41,934 nt of DNA. Source: Octopus bimaculoides. Its lineage: Eukaryota. The stretch covers positions 100,595,531 to 100,637,464 of the forward strand of contig NC_068986.1 in assembly GCF_001194135.2 (NCBI RefSeq). Reading direction: 5' to 3'. Each line of letters opens with the position of its first letter. The first letter of the stretch is position 1. This document shows, one piece after another, positions 10,084 through 23,483 of this stretch. Both the position numbers and the translations under genes were made by a program. The notes under the pieces were generated by a model that was not told where the DNA came from, ran no database searches, and saw only the letters and a list, made by a program, of their open reading frames with translations.

Positions 10084-11369
10084 GTATATTTCTCAAACCT
10101 CATCGGAATATAAAATAAACGTGACTAGAGTTCACATCTGAGGAAGCTGAAAAAGTTAAAATACAATTAACGATTAATCAACAATCCTTTTTATTCACCA
10201 TAATTTTATTGAAATTTGAATTTGTAAATTTCTCTTTTAAAGCTATGTTACTGATGAATGTAGTAATAATTGATAATTATTTGTGTAGGAAGTTTTCCAG
10301 TCGAAAAACTATTGCCTTCTCTTGTAAGCTATTAGTGCGTACTTTTTTCTTTTATAATATGTTGCATATATGGGCAATAATACAAATGTAATATCTTTAA
10401 GCAAAACTACGAATACGGTTAGAAAATCATAGCCTTTTGGCAATTTCCTTTATTCTATAATAACATTCAATCTGCTGCCTGAATATAATCACTTAAGTAG
10501 GAACATTCACGACATTATCGACGTCAAGCCTAGACTGTTGTTTAATACTAGCAAATAAATTTTAGATGTGTGGGTAGATTTGTAGCTTTTTCCATTATAA
10601 GATAAAGTAAATACGTATTAAGAATTGCTAATTGAACAGTTCAATGTGTCGATAAATAATACTTTACCATTTCTATTGCAGACTCTAGAAATGAAGCTAA
10701 CATATAAAATCCAATGAAACACTTAATAAAAGGTGACAGAATGATATACAGAGAACCTTATAAAAGTCATATCCGTAGAACAAACTTGGGGATGGAAAGA
10801 CAAGAATAAGAGATTCGTTGACGATAAGAATGAAATTGAAAACAATGCCTATCATTTATTTGCTTTTAATATGAAGGCAAGAGACTTATGGTCAGATTGA
10901 AACAAAAGGAAGCATCAAAATGTTTGTACAAAGATTAGAGTATATTTACATAAATCTGAATAGGCTAAAAAACACGTTTATCGGCAACGTCAAATATGAA
11001 TTGCGAAGGTGAAGCGCAAAAATCGATATGAAATCACGATTAGGAATTAAAAGGAGATCTTAGAATTGCAACTGTTACAGTGAAATATTCTTTGTCGTAT
11101 TTTATTTATATATTTATCAGTCTTCGATATTATTCAACCGTTTCCTTTAGATATCTTCATTAGGTTATTTTTTTATATACGAGCTGTATTTGTTGTTCTA
11201 TTTCATGTTTTGATATTCTAGAATGGATAATATCTACTTAGGTAAAATCTATATGGGTAGGAATATATTTATAAAATCGAAGAACAGATGCAGAACAAGA
11301 CAAAACAATAGTTGCATGAGATTACTACGAATAGATTTCGCTTTTTATTAGATAAACAAAGAGTTGTAT

Positions 11370-11562
11370 GTATGTATGAATATATGTATGTAATTCATAT
11401 ACATACATGCATACATACATGCACACACACATATACATATGCATATATATACACACACATATATATGCACATACACACATATGAACACGCAAAGAAACAC
11501 ACACATATGTATTGATATATGCGGGTTTGTGCGTATATGATTGTGTTTATATAAAAATATGC

Positions 11563-11598
<36 letters not shown>

Positions 11599-11945
11599 CG
11601 ATATATATANNNNNNNNNNNNNNNNNNNNNNNNNNNNNNNNNNNNNNNNNNNNNNNNNNNNNNNNNNNNNNNNNNNNNNNNNNNNNNNNNNNNNNNNNNN
11701 NNNNNNNNNNNNNNNNNNNNNNNNNNNNNNNNNNNNNNNNNNNNNNNNNNNNNNNNNNNNNNNNNNNNNNNNNNNNNNNNNNNNNNNNNNNNNNNNNNNN
11801 NNNNNNNNNNNNNNNNNNNNNNNNNNNNNNNNNNNNNNNNNNNNNNNNNNNNNNNNNNNNNNNNNNNNNNNNNNNNNNNNNNNNNNNNNNNNNNNNNNNN
11901 NNNNNNNNNNNNNNNNNNNNNNNNNNNNNTATATATATATATATG
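11370..11945. repeat. (AT)n/(AC)n low-complexity tract around a gap
   Basis: Direct reading. Confidence 0.9.
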
Positions 11946-12401
11946 CATGTACTCTGTACTACAATGAGGATTATCTTGCTCGCTGAACTGAATAATCTTT
12001 TTCTGAATAAATGTCTAAGTGGCAGGGCATGACACTGACACGGGTGCCCTTAACGTAATTTTCAGACAGAACCATACTCATCTCTAACTTTTGTCTGCTT
12101 TGGCAAGGAAATATTATTGTGTTTTATGATCTCAATGTAAACGTTATTTCATATCATAAAATATAAAACCATAGATTCAACTCAACCCAAAGAAGTCAGT
12201 CTTGCATTTTATCTAACTGAAAATGTTGATGTATCGACAGACTGAATAATGCGTCGTACTAAACCATTTGCAGTATTTATTCTACCCTATAATAAACTTT
12301 GCATAGATTCTGTCGACCACATCTTTGTGAGTTTTCTAGAATAAAGCTTGATTAGAGTGGCTGAGTGTAAGGTTTTTCGTGCGGTTACTATCATGATGGT
12401 A

Positions 12402-12560
12402 TTTTTACTCTGCGCGCATAAGCGAAAGCGAAGTATTACAATCGGTCGTCTTTGTTTGTCTGCGTAAAATTAGTGGAAAACGGCCGAACGGATTTTCACA
12501 TATCGCAGGAATACTCATTGGGTGAGTGGCTCAAATGATGAACATTTGGTTTGAGTATCT
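12402..12560 (+). mobile_element. Possible Helitron/Helentron-associated non-autonomous element remnant
   Basis: The order ttttactctgcgcg...gcgaagtattacaatc...gtctttgtttgtctg...aaaacggccgaacggattttc resembles the DINE-1/HINE-like layout; resemblance from recall only. Confidence 0.35.
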
Positions 12561-13245
12561 TAAAAAAAAAAAAAAAAAATCGAACTTTCAAATTTTCCGA
12601 AAAGGATATTATCTTGTTCACTTCCTTTTCCATATGAATAGACACTTCTCGGCGCGTGTATAGATCCTGGTGTACCTATGCGCGTATACACGTATGCGTA
12701 CATACATACATAAATACATGCATCGATATGAGATTCTGTGTGTGTGTGTGCGCGCGCGTGCGTGTGTGTACAGTGATGAATTCGAGGGTCTTTTTTATAT
12801 ACGACTTGGTACTTTAATTTCACCTGAGCATAATGGCTATATTAAAATAAAACAAAGCTTTCGAAATGCCTGTTGACAATATCACGATGCATAGAGAAGC
12901 ATGTTCTTTGCTCATCTGCATGTTATGGTTCGTAAAGAAATATTTCTCAGGGATGAATCTACAAGTTAACTTCTGGGTGAAGATTAAAAGTATATCCTTA
13001 ACGATACGTACATATGTGTGTGTGTGTATGTGTGTGTGTGTGTGTGTGCGCGTATGTGTATGTGTGTGTGTGTGTGTGTGAGAAAGAGAGAGACAGAGAA
13101 AGAAAGAGGGAGAGAGAGTGTGTGTGTGTGTGCATGTATGTACACACCCGCACGTACACGGCTCAGAACAAAATACAAAGAAGGTATATATCATTAATCT
13201 TNNNNNNNNNNTATATATATATATATATATATATACACTCTTCTA

Positions 13246-13290
13246 CTCGTTTCAGCCATGCAGCTGGGGTCATGCTGGAGAACCGCGTAT
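13246..13290 (-). mobile_element. Short SINE 3' remnant; a second one lies at about 15010-15050
   Basis: tttcagccatgcagctggggtcatgctggagaaccgc resembles the tttcagtcacttgactgcggccatg segment at 23490. Confidence 0.4.
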
Positions 13291-15231
13291 ATATATTTGT
13301 GTTTGTGTGTGTGCGTTCGTGACTATGCATATGAGCGTGTCGGCGTGTAGAAATGTGTACGTATGTATCTATCTATCTCTCTTTCTATCAATCTTTCTTT
13401 CTATCGATCTCTCTCTATATATGTATCTAATCAATACTTTCTAAAAAGAAAAGATTTATAGATTCTTAATGAAGTTATATATCACTCTATAGAATAATGT
13501 TTGTAGGTATTCAATGCACGTCTGCGTTTCACTGGGAAATAATAGATACGGTTTGTACTGTACTATTGTCACTTAGGCATCCGTAAGTATAAAGTCCGTA
13601 TTCATAATTTTGTTATATTTCAGTTATATCTCTCTGGACGTTCAATGAGTTCCCGCTGGTAATTGCAAGTCAGGGAATGTTATTTTGATACATACACTTC
13701 GAGTAGAATTATTTCGGTGAATCAAATTTCTTCCTATGTGGATGAAAATGGTGATTTACATATTTTCTAAGCACAATGTTCATTAAATTACAAAGCCGTA
13801 AATATCTTAATTAGAATAAGTTATAATTTGCTTATAGCAAAAGTTATGACAACTCTTATTCCTGAGTAATACGTGAAACTGGTACTTTAGCTTATCAAAT
13901 TCAAACTTGCGTGTGAGATTTTGAATATTTCGCGGAATATAACAGTAGTAAAGTGTTACCCGAAATGCAATGATTATATTGGTTGGCTTATATTGACATT
14001 ATGAATATCAAAATAAATTATAGTATACATACAATGACTAAAATTTAATCTTTATCAAATTCTTTGAAACTTATAAAAAAGTATTGCCATGTATTCTAGG
14101 ATAAGCGTGTATGTTAGTATGCGTCATTCGTGTTTATTTTTTTTGTTTTCTCTTGGCCGTGTCTTACAGTTCCGTTTCCCAAAGTCATATTAAAATCTTA
14201 ATGTTATTTTTTGAATCCATGCAAGAATTTCTGCGAAACATTAATGCAAATCTAATCAAGTAATTTCTCCTTTTTTATAAACTGAGATGTTTACAATGGG
14301 ATTAGATCATGTTAAGATAAATACTATTATATTTCTTTTTTGTATGTTGCTCTGACGCATGTATGTGAGTCATGTATGTACATACATATATGCATACTGT
14401 ATATATTAAATATATACATACATATAAACATATAGGGTTAGATACATACATTCTTAGATTTGTAGATAGATCGTAAGATAGATATAACAACTGAACAAAT
14501 CGTGTATAATTGAATACATATTGTGTACAAACGATATAAGATTGCTTTAGTTATTTGTTTACAACAGTTAAAGTAGTTTGCAAAGAGGATTTAAATGTGT
14601 TTACAGTATTAAATATGTTTTATAATGATTGGAAAGCAACGTTAACTTGGCAATTAATATCATATTTGAGACAGATATATTAGAAACAATTGCAATGCCA
14701 TTATGAATAGCGCAGAAATATTCGGCAATGTTTTTCTTTCTTTAGTTTTTAATATATTTTTCTCATGTAATTAATTTGCGTCTAATAATAAATATTAATA
14801 TTAAACAAACAAAATATTGTCATGCATCATTTTTGTGTACACGAGGGATTTCGATAAATATGTTAAATTTGTTCAAACATATTTTTAAAAAAGGAAAATA
14901 CTGTTAATCATAATTAGTAAATGTAAACAGACAAAAATATTAAAATATTGCAACTAAATGCCAAATCTTGTTTCGAATATCAAACATGTTGTTAAACATA
15001 TTCTTCTATACGTTTCAGCCATGCGGCGGCTGCAGCTCTGTTGGAGAACCTTCGTGAATATATTTCCTATATAACTATGCTTAGAACGAGTTATTTGCAT
15101 GGATTTACACTATCGATTCAAATAGCATGTCATAATTGTCACAGCGCGTTAAGATTTGAGTTCAGCTTCCTATTATGTAGACCTATGCGATTCCTTTTTC
15201 TAAAACCAATAATATATAGTTCTATATTTAA

Positions 15232-15388
15232 GAGGTGTGGAATTATGTACATTATTTACATTTAACGGATATGTGTCCTCATCTTGTTTGTTGTTAACAC
15301 AATGTTTCGGTTAATATACCCTCCGGCCTTCATCAGGTGTCTTGGGGGGATTTCGAACCTGGGTTCTCATTCCTAAGGTATTTTTTGA

Positions 15389-15390
<2 letters not shown>
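15232..15390 (-). mobile_element. Short (AAT)n-adjacent repeat carrying a hammerhead ribozyme motif (Penelope-like or retrozyme-like terminus)
   Basis: The minus strand follows (AAT)n and reads ...CCAAGACAC CTGATGA AGGCCGGAGGGTATATTAACC GAAA CATT GTGTTAAC... Confidence 0.6.
15296..15341 (-). ncRNA. Minimal type I hammerhead ribozyme motif, degenerate
   Basis: Stem I GACAC/GUGUU, core CUGAUGA (15336-15330) and GAAA (15308-15305), stem II closed by GG/CC, minimal stem III ACAU plus U17. Confidence 0.6.
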
Positions 15391-15440
<50 letters not shown>

Positions 15441-15636
15441 GGTATTCTTCTTCTTCTTCTTCTTCTTCTTCTTCTTCTTCTTCTTCTTCTTCTTCTTCTT
15501 CTTCTTCTTCTTCTTCTTCTTCTTCTTCTTNNNNNNNNNNNNNNNNNNNNNNNNNNNNNNNNNNNNNNNNNNNNNNNNNNNNNNNNNNNNNNNNNNNNNN
15601 NNNNNNNNNNNNNNNNNNNNNNNNNNNNNNNNNNNN

Positions 15637-15683
<47 letters not shown>
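15391..15683. repeat. Compound (ATT)n-(CTT)n-gap-(ATT)n microsatellite
   Basis: Direct reading; reverse complement of the (AAT)n/(GAA)n pattern seen at 32-213. Confidence 0.95.
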
Positions 15684-15685
<2 letters not shown>

Positions 15686-15928
15686 GGACTTTCTCTATTC
15701 CCGAGCGTTATACTAATACATCCATTTGTTGTTTACACCACCTGTCTTCGTCTGTTGTTTTTTCGTGAATTCTCGATATATATATATATACTATTGCGAC
15801 ATCATCAAATTCTTGTGTGGCCTGAATTCCATATCCAAACTTAGATTTGACTCTGCTTTTGTGAAAGAGTATTACAGAATTTGCATATCACTCTAGTGAT
15901 TCCATCCGGTACTGGATCATTTCACCCC

Positions 15929-16010
<82 letters not shown>

Positions 16011-16190
16011 TTATGTATGTATGTATGTATGTATGTATCTATCTATCTATCTGTTTATCTGTCTATCTGGTTATCTGTCTATCTGTTTAACTGTCTATCT
16101 GTTTATCTATCTATCTGTTTATCTATCTATCTGTTTATCTGTATATCTGTTTATCTATCTATCTGTGTATCATTCTCTCTCTCTCTCTTT
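15929..16190. repeat. (ATCT)n/(ATGT)n tetranucleotide repeat with a degenerate tail
   Basis: Direct reading. Confidence 0.93.
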
Positions 16191-17255
16191 ATATATACGG
16201 TAACTGAATGGCGGAAGGTGGAATATACGACAATTCATTATTAATCACGGCAATTGTTTCGACGCATCAAGCATCAATCCCTTGCAGTTGGGACACTTAA
16301 CAGCTGGTTCGGGAGCATTTGGCGGTGCAGATGTGTCTCATCGGGTAATAAACAGACACAGCTCGCTAAAATAACACTTCCGCAATGTATCTTCTCATTT
16401 TGTAGAAATAAAAGCAGCAAAACGAAGGAAATATCTTCATTTATATAGAAGTTAGAAAATAAGATCATAGATGCAAGAAAGAAACGAAATAAGAATTCAG
16501 CGAGAAAACTAAAAAAAGGTATGTATATATATATATATNNNNNNNNNNNNNNNNNNNNNNNNNNNNNNNNNNNNNNNNNNNNNNNNNNNNNNNNNNNNNN
16601 NNNNNNNNNNNNNNNATATATATTTATATATACACACACACATAACTATCCATTTAACTATGTGCAGTGATATGCACACACGCGCATGTAAAGACACACA
16701 TAATTTTCATATATTTAATCGCAAATATACATATTTCATACCATTTTATCTACGTTTCATTGCACAGTTTTAACTACAATAAAGTAATATAACTCATAAG
16801 TCTTCCAGTCTCGTAAAATACTACCACATCAATACAGGTAATCTAAAACGAGTAATCAGTTGATACATGAATAGTAGTTTTACAAGTAAACCAACTAAAT
16901 TGTGAATAGAATCGATGCTAGTCTTTGGTGAACACACATAGTAATTTGAATCTGCGGTATAAGATGCAGTATTAATGTCAAAACTTCATATAATTTACAG
17001 TGGATACAAGCGGATTTTAAAGAAAATAACACTTGTAACCAGATTCAAGTATTTACAAATATAATCGGTTCATGTTATGATAACGTCGGTGGTATTTTTA
17101 TATCATGCTACAGTTATAAATATATATGTCAGTTCAGTGTGTGTGTAAATATATATATAGAAAGATGCATACATATGATCATACATAATAGCTACATAGT
17201 CATATACACATACACATACGCATGTACACATTTGTATATACATATTAAATTTATA

Positions 17256-17286
<31 letters not shown>

Positions 17287-17329
17287 GGCCATTCTTCAAG
17301 TAAACAAGCAAAACTCCATCGCAATCTCT

Positions 17330-17797
17330 TCTCTGTCTATCTCTCTCCCTCTTGTTCTTCATCCTTTCTGTTTTTCTCTCCCACCCATTCGCTATTCTTC
17401 TCTCCATTTCACTGTTCCCTCTCTCTCCCACTCTTCCTCCTTGACTCTCTCGTTGCTGATACGTGACGCATGGGGATTTCTTTATCTGTCTACTTCCTTC
17501 TTAAAGAAAAGACATGCCTTTTCCTCTCTCTTCTCATGGCTCGTCTAGCCAGCGTTCATAATATTTTTTCTATAGTCTTGGCTCAACAGCCCCCACTGTT
17601 TGTTTTTTACTGTCTTGCTCTCACTGTCCTGTTCTTGTTAACAATTTCACCCACCGTAAAAATCCCAAATTTTACTTAATTTGCAATGCGTGAAGGACTC
17701 TTTCAACAAAGTCGCGAATTGTCCGTGCTTCCGAAACGCGGGGTAGATGAAACAGGGACAAGTGACGAAGGAGTATACTCTTTATGTTGCATGTCTC
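17330..17797 (+). repeat. Interspersed repeat copy 1, truncated by a gap
   Basis: Colinear similarity to 23715-24265, e.g. agcgttcataat, aacagcc..cactgtttgttttt, ctcactgtcct.ttcttgttaaca.tttcaccc, gaaacgcgg..tagatg.aacaggg, tttatgttgcatgtctc. Confidence 0.85.
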
Positions 17798-18699
17798 NNN
17801 NNNNNNNNNNNNNNNNNNNNNNNNNNNNNNNNNNNNNNNNNNNNNNNNNNNNNNNNNNNNNNNNNNNNNNNNNNNNNNNNNNNNNNNNNNNNNNNNNNNN
17901 NNNNNNNNNNNNNNNNNNNNNNNNNNNNNNNNNNNNNNNNNNNNNNNNNNNNNNNNNNNNNNNNNNNNNNNNNNNNNNNNNNNNNNNNNNNNNNNNNNNN
18001 NNNNNNNNNNNNNNNNNNNNNNNNNNNNNNNNNNNNNNNNNNNNNNNNNNNNNNNNNNNNNNNNNNNNNNNNNNNNNNNNNNNNNNNNNNNNNNNTATAT
18101 ATATATCTATATACTCAGTTTTCGAGCTGACGTACCACACTCAATGTACTTTGGCATTGTATGGGTCATTGATAACTATAGCACCACGACCAATTGGTAT
18201 TGCAGTACATGTCTCTGATTAGGAGAAATTTATTGAAACTATACCAGTCAGTGAACATAGTGTGCGTCGTGATCAATGAAGGGACATGTAACGTAGGCGA
18301 GCTCATGTGTGTATGTGACATTAATTGCTCTCTGATAGATGCGCGGTGTGGTTGACTTCACTGAGGTTATCAGGTCAGACATCTGTTTTAACATCGCATA
18401 ACCCACGTTATAGTACACGCGTAACTTGTGTGAAAAATAGACAGATTTTATTAAGAAATTTACGACTTACGTAATGAATAATAGGCATGAATATATATAA
18501 ATAACGATAAGGAGCTTTCCATAAATTGGATTGAATAAATAGAAAAATGTTAAGGGGCAAAAATGCTCGAAAGGTTTTAGACATTGCTTCACATCTTTAC
18601 TATACTTGAACGAATATTGGCGTTTACTGTGCTTAATCCTTGGGGATGTTTTACTGTATCTAAAACTGAGAACGTTCCATTGGCATTCCTGAGGTGTTT

Positions 18700-18960
18700 C
18701 CTACAAAAACAATCTACATGGACAAATTGTTTTCTGTAGTAATGCTAGAAGCAATGGCAATTGTGCTAGAACACGGTTCATTAGTCAATTTTCTGTTGCA
18801 AGAAATGGTATCTTGTGCAAAGAAATGGTATCCCAATACCCCAACGGCATTGTTTAATTATAGAATATTAAATACATTTAGACTGGCAGTTCCGTTATGA
18901 CACAAAGATCATTACTGTGGGAATGTGTGCTGATGATTCTTCCAAAAGAGCATGGATTTT
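18700..18960 (-). mobile_element. Possible hAT transposase dimerisation-domain remnant
   Basis: Broken minus frames give LFWKNHQHTFPQ, PLGYWDTISLHKIPFLA and IAIASSITTENNLS. These loosely resemble the hAT C-terminal W...FP.LA...IPASS..SER.FS pattern, but the spacing is not canonical. Confidence 0.25.
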
Positions 18961-20499
18961 GGTCATTTTTCGTTGACAACTAGGGTTTTCTGCATGATGA
19001 ATTCCCTCATAAGACTCCTTGTACATCGCTACATTTGTTGACACCCCAAAAAAAACACAATAAAATGGGCAACGTAGATTCGAAGTAAATACAAATATTA
19101 TCAGAAAATGACCTCAATATTGTATATCTCAACCTCATGGATGTTAATTTTGTAGCAAAAAGGTGTTGTGCAAAAATATACTTAATTTAGTAGCCGACAG
19201 ATTACTGGATATCATACGTTAAATTCCGCAACTCAATCTTCGAATCCACACACACACACACACGCACACACACACACACACACACATACACACACACACA
19301 CCCACACACGCAGGCAATCACACACATTCACNNNNNNNNNNNNNNNNNNNNNNNNNNNNNNNNNNNNNNNNNNNNNNNNNNNNNNNNNNNNNNNNNNNNN
19401 NNNNNNNNNNNNNNNNNNNNNNNNNNNNNNNNNNNNNNNNNNNNNNNNNNNNNNNNNNNNNNNNNNNNNNNNNNNNNNNNNNNNNNNNNNNNNNNNNNNN
19501 NNNNNNNNNNNNNNNNNNNNNNNNNNNNNNNNNNNNNNNNNNNNNNNNNNNNNNNNNNNNNNNNNNNNNNNNNNNNNNNNNNNNNNNNNNNNNNNNNNNN
19601 NNNNNNNNNNNNNNNNNNNNNNNNNNNNNNNNNNNNNNNNNNNNNNNNNNNNNNNNNNNNNNNNNNNNNNNNNNNNNNNNNNNNNNNNNNNNNNNNNNNN
19701 NNNNNNNNNNNNNNNNNNNNNNNNNNNNNNNNNNNNATATATATATATATGCTATAATGTTGATACAGATATTCTTAAAAAGTGATGTCAACATCCAAGC
19801 TTCTAAAATATATATATGTGTGTGTATGTGTATGTGGGAGATAGTGGGTGGGTGTGTACGTCTACGCAAGTATACATAAATATGTGTGCGAGTGAGTGCA
19901 TGTACTAGTTTGTGGGCATGTGTATCGGTGTGTATGTTTGGCCGTATGTTTGGGCGTATGCCTGAATTCGACTCTCTCATGTATAAAGAGTTAGAAATAT
20001 TTACTGTTGATTGCTCTCGGCTCTCAACAAAATGCTTAGAAGTGATTAATAATCAGTTTCATAATAACTGACGCTTGAAATATTAATGTCATACAACGAT
20101 ATATTATTAATGTCATCATATTAGTTATATGCAATATATAACTTTCAGTACTGATGTCATATACTTTCTGAATATAGACTTCCGATAGGAACTGTAAAAT
20201 TGGGCAGACGTAATTCATCTTTTGATATATATAGCGATATGTGAATGTAGTGTGTCCTCTGTCTGTCTGCGTCTTTCGATGCCGCAATAATAATAATAGC
20301 AATAAGCATATTCCTGTATGCGCCTATAAGTCGATATCTCCGTATGTACAGTGAATTTATGTTTGCCGACATAACTACATTCCACGATATATATACATGC
20401 ACACAGACACACACACACGTATGTTTATAGGTATGTATGTATCGACCCACGGATGCATGCATGTATATATATATATGTATATACGTATATATACGTATA

Positions 20500-20536
<37 letters not shown>

Positions 20537-20802
20537 NNNNNNNNNNNNNNNNNNNNNNNNNNNNNNNNNNNNNNNNNNNNNNNNNNNNNNNNNNNNNNNN
20601 NNNNNNNNNNNNNNNNNNNNNNNNNNNNNNNNNNNNNNNNNNNNNNNNNNNNNNNNNNNNNNNNNNNNNNNNNNNNNNNNNNNNNNNNNNNNNNNNNNNN
20701 NNNNNNNNNNNNNNNNNNNNNNNNNNNNNNNNNNNNNNNNNNNNNNNNNNNNNNNNNNNNNNNNNNNNNNNNNNNNNNNNNNNNNNNNNNNNTATATATA
20801 TT

Positions 20803-21800
20803 TACGTAAAATATAGGGTTGTGAGTTTTTTTAGAAATTTCACTACCAGTTGCCTAGCATGTGTAAAAAGTCAATAGGCAACATATTCTCAATATAAAAT
20901 AGCGTACATTTAAACACAAGAGCATACCACCTTCAACAGGCAGTTTTTACACTCTAGAATTAGTCGCCAAACCCACTTTTAAGAGCAATCTTCAAAAGGA
21001 ATGAAAAAGGAAAAAAAATTACCTTGTTATTTTAATCCGGTCAGACCTAGGTTTCAAAATTTTTTTTAGCAATAAAATAATTTGCTACGCGAATGTCCCT
21101 CAGTGACTGCGCTATAACACTAACATAAAATCACGAGAAGAAGAACACGTGTCTCAACGTTATACATTAGACTTTCTCAAATTCACCATGCAAGCGCAGC
21201 TTCGGTCGACAGTAAACGAATAAATGCCGAACTGATCTTTTAAAAGAATTGTTAGATATACGTAAGATATAGGGTTGTGAGTTTCTTTAAAAATTTCATT
21301 ACCAGTGACCTAGTATGTATAAAAAGTTAATAGACAACATATTCCCAATATAGAATAGTGTACATTTAAGCAAAAGAGAAAACTGCCTTCAATAGGCAGT
21401 TTTTACACGCTAGAAGAAATGATCAGAATGGGCAAAACCACATTTAAGAGTAATTTTCAAAAGGAATGAAAACTAATCATTCGCTGACCTCTGAAACTGC
21501 GCTTGCGCAGTGAATTTGAAAAGTTATAACGTATAACGATGAGACACGTGTCATTCGTCTCTTAGTTATATGTCAATGTTATGGCGCGGTAACCGATGAG
21601 AAATTCGCCTAGAAAATTATTTTATTTGCTAAAATGAATTAATCTGACCGGATTAAAACAACAAGGTAAAAGTTTTTATTTTTCATTCCTTTTCAAGATT
21701 GCCTTTAAATGTGGTTTTGGTAGTTTTGACTACTTCTCCTAGCGTGAAAAAACTGCTTGTTGATGGCAGTTTTCTCTTGTGTTTAAATGAACACTATTAT
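20803..21800. mobile_element. Foldback/MITE-like composite A-B-A-B(rc)-A(rc)
   Basis: A at 20803-21007 repeats directly at 21259-21472. B at about 21017-21222 is inverted at about 21477-21670. A is inverted again at about 21680-21800. Confidence 0.8.
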
Positions 21801-22848
21801 ATATATATATATATATATATATCCATACACGTATGTGTATGAATGTATGATGTGTGAATGTATGTGTTTGTGTGTGTGCGTATACGTGTGTGTAAGTATG
21901 GGGAGATAGAGAGAAATTTCATTTATTGCCACTGTTCTACACATGAAAAAAAATAGATGCGTAGTCTCTATATTTTTCGTCATAAATTTAGTACTGATTA
22001 GCTTTTTTGGTGACATCTTCTGCAGCATTTTTCACAAAAATGCCAATATTGTATTGCTCCTACCTTTTTTTTTTTCACCTTTGTGGCAAAACATATGTAG
22101 GTTTCGGTCGCGAACATTATCAGATTTACCAATAAAATTTATACACACAAGATGTTTCTCTAAATTAATGCATCATATCATATTGTAAAACAAAGATTAT
22201 GAATGTTCGATGTTCGTATTATGATGCAAAGTATAGTAGCAATATTATTTCATTATACTGTGTAATTGCCATATAAGGATTCATATTTCAATCGCCAAAT
22301 GAACAACATCTTTCTAAATCATTTTAAACATATACAAATTAACAATTCTTTAAATAATTTAGAGTAGTCTAAGCATTTTAAAGACAAGAAGAACATGCTA
22401 CAGCATTCCATTCATTAACTTACCCATTCATAACACCCAGATTTCATATATATATAAATACATATATATATATATATAAATAGCAATGTAGCTAGTAAGA
22501 AATCTCTGTAAAAGATAAAAGTAGTATATATACTAAGAATTAATGATTGTTACCTCTTCAACATGACTTTTCCGTACGAAACAATGTTGCTATTATTTTT
22601 AACCACAAAAGGACGAGTCCTCTAGCTTGTTCTCGATGCAATCTGCACCCGATATATAATTGTAAGCTGCCGACTTGAGAGGAGCACCAGACCGTCCAGT
22701 GTTCGGCTATTTTTGCTCATCCTCTGTGGACAACTTTTGCCGGTTTATTTGCAACGACTCTTCCGAGTTAGAGGCGATGGCTGCTTCACTTTACCTTCTG
22801 ATGCCACTATTATGAATAACACCGTGTTAGATTACTATAATTTTAATA

Positions 22849-22894
<46 letters not shown>

Positions 22895-23483
22895 NNNNNN
22901 NNNNNNNNNNNNNNNNNNNNNNNNNNNNNNNNNNNNNNNNNNNNNNNNNNNNNNNNNNNNNNNNNNNNNNNNNNNNNNNNNNNNNNNNNNNNNNNNNNNN
23001 NNNNNNNNNNNNNNNNNNNNNNNNNNNNNNNNNNNNNNNNNNNNNNNNNNNNNNNNNNNNNNNNNNNNNNNNNNNNNNNNNNNNNNNNNNNNNNNNNNNN
23101 NNNNNNNNNNNNNNNNNNNNNNNNNNNNNNNNNNNNNNNNNNNNNNNNNNNNNNNNNNNNNNNNNNNNNNNNNNNNNNNNNNNNNNNNNNNNNNNNNNNN
23201 NNNNNNNNNNNNNNNNNNNNNNNNNNNNNNNNNNNNNNNNNNNNNNNNNNNNNNNNNNNNNNNNNNNNNNNNNNNNNNNNNNNNNNNNNNNNNNNNNNNN
23301 NNNNNNNNNNNNNNNNNNNNNNNNNNNNNNNNNNNNNNNNNNNNNNNNNNNNNNNNNNNNNNNNNNNNNNNNNNNNNNNNNNNNNNNNNNNNNNNNNNNN
23401 NNNNNNNNNNNNNNNNNNNNNNNNNNNNNNNNNNNNNNNNNNNNNNNNNNNNNNNNNNNNNNNNNNNNNNNNNNNNNNNNNTT

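Noticed and set aside
22610-22800. GC-richer patch reading ACSRCNLH, like a piggyBac Cys-rich tail
   Set aside because: A single short motif with no supporting transposase sequence or TTAA/TIR end.
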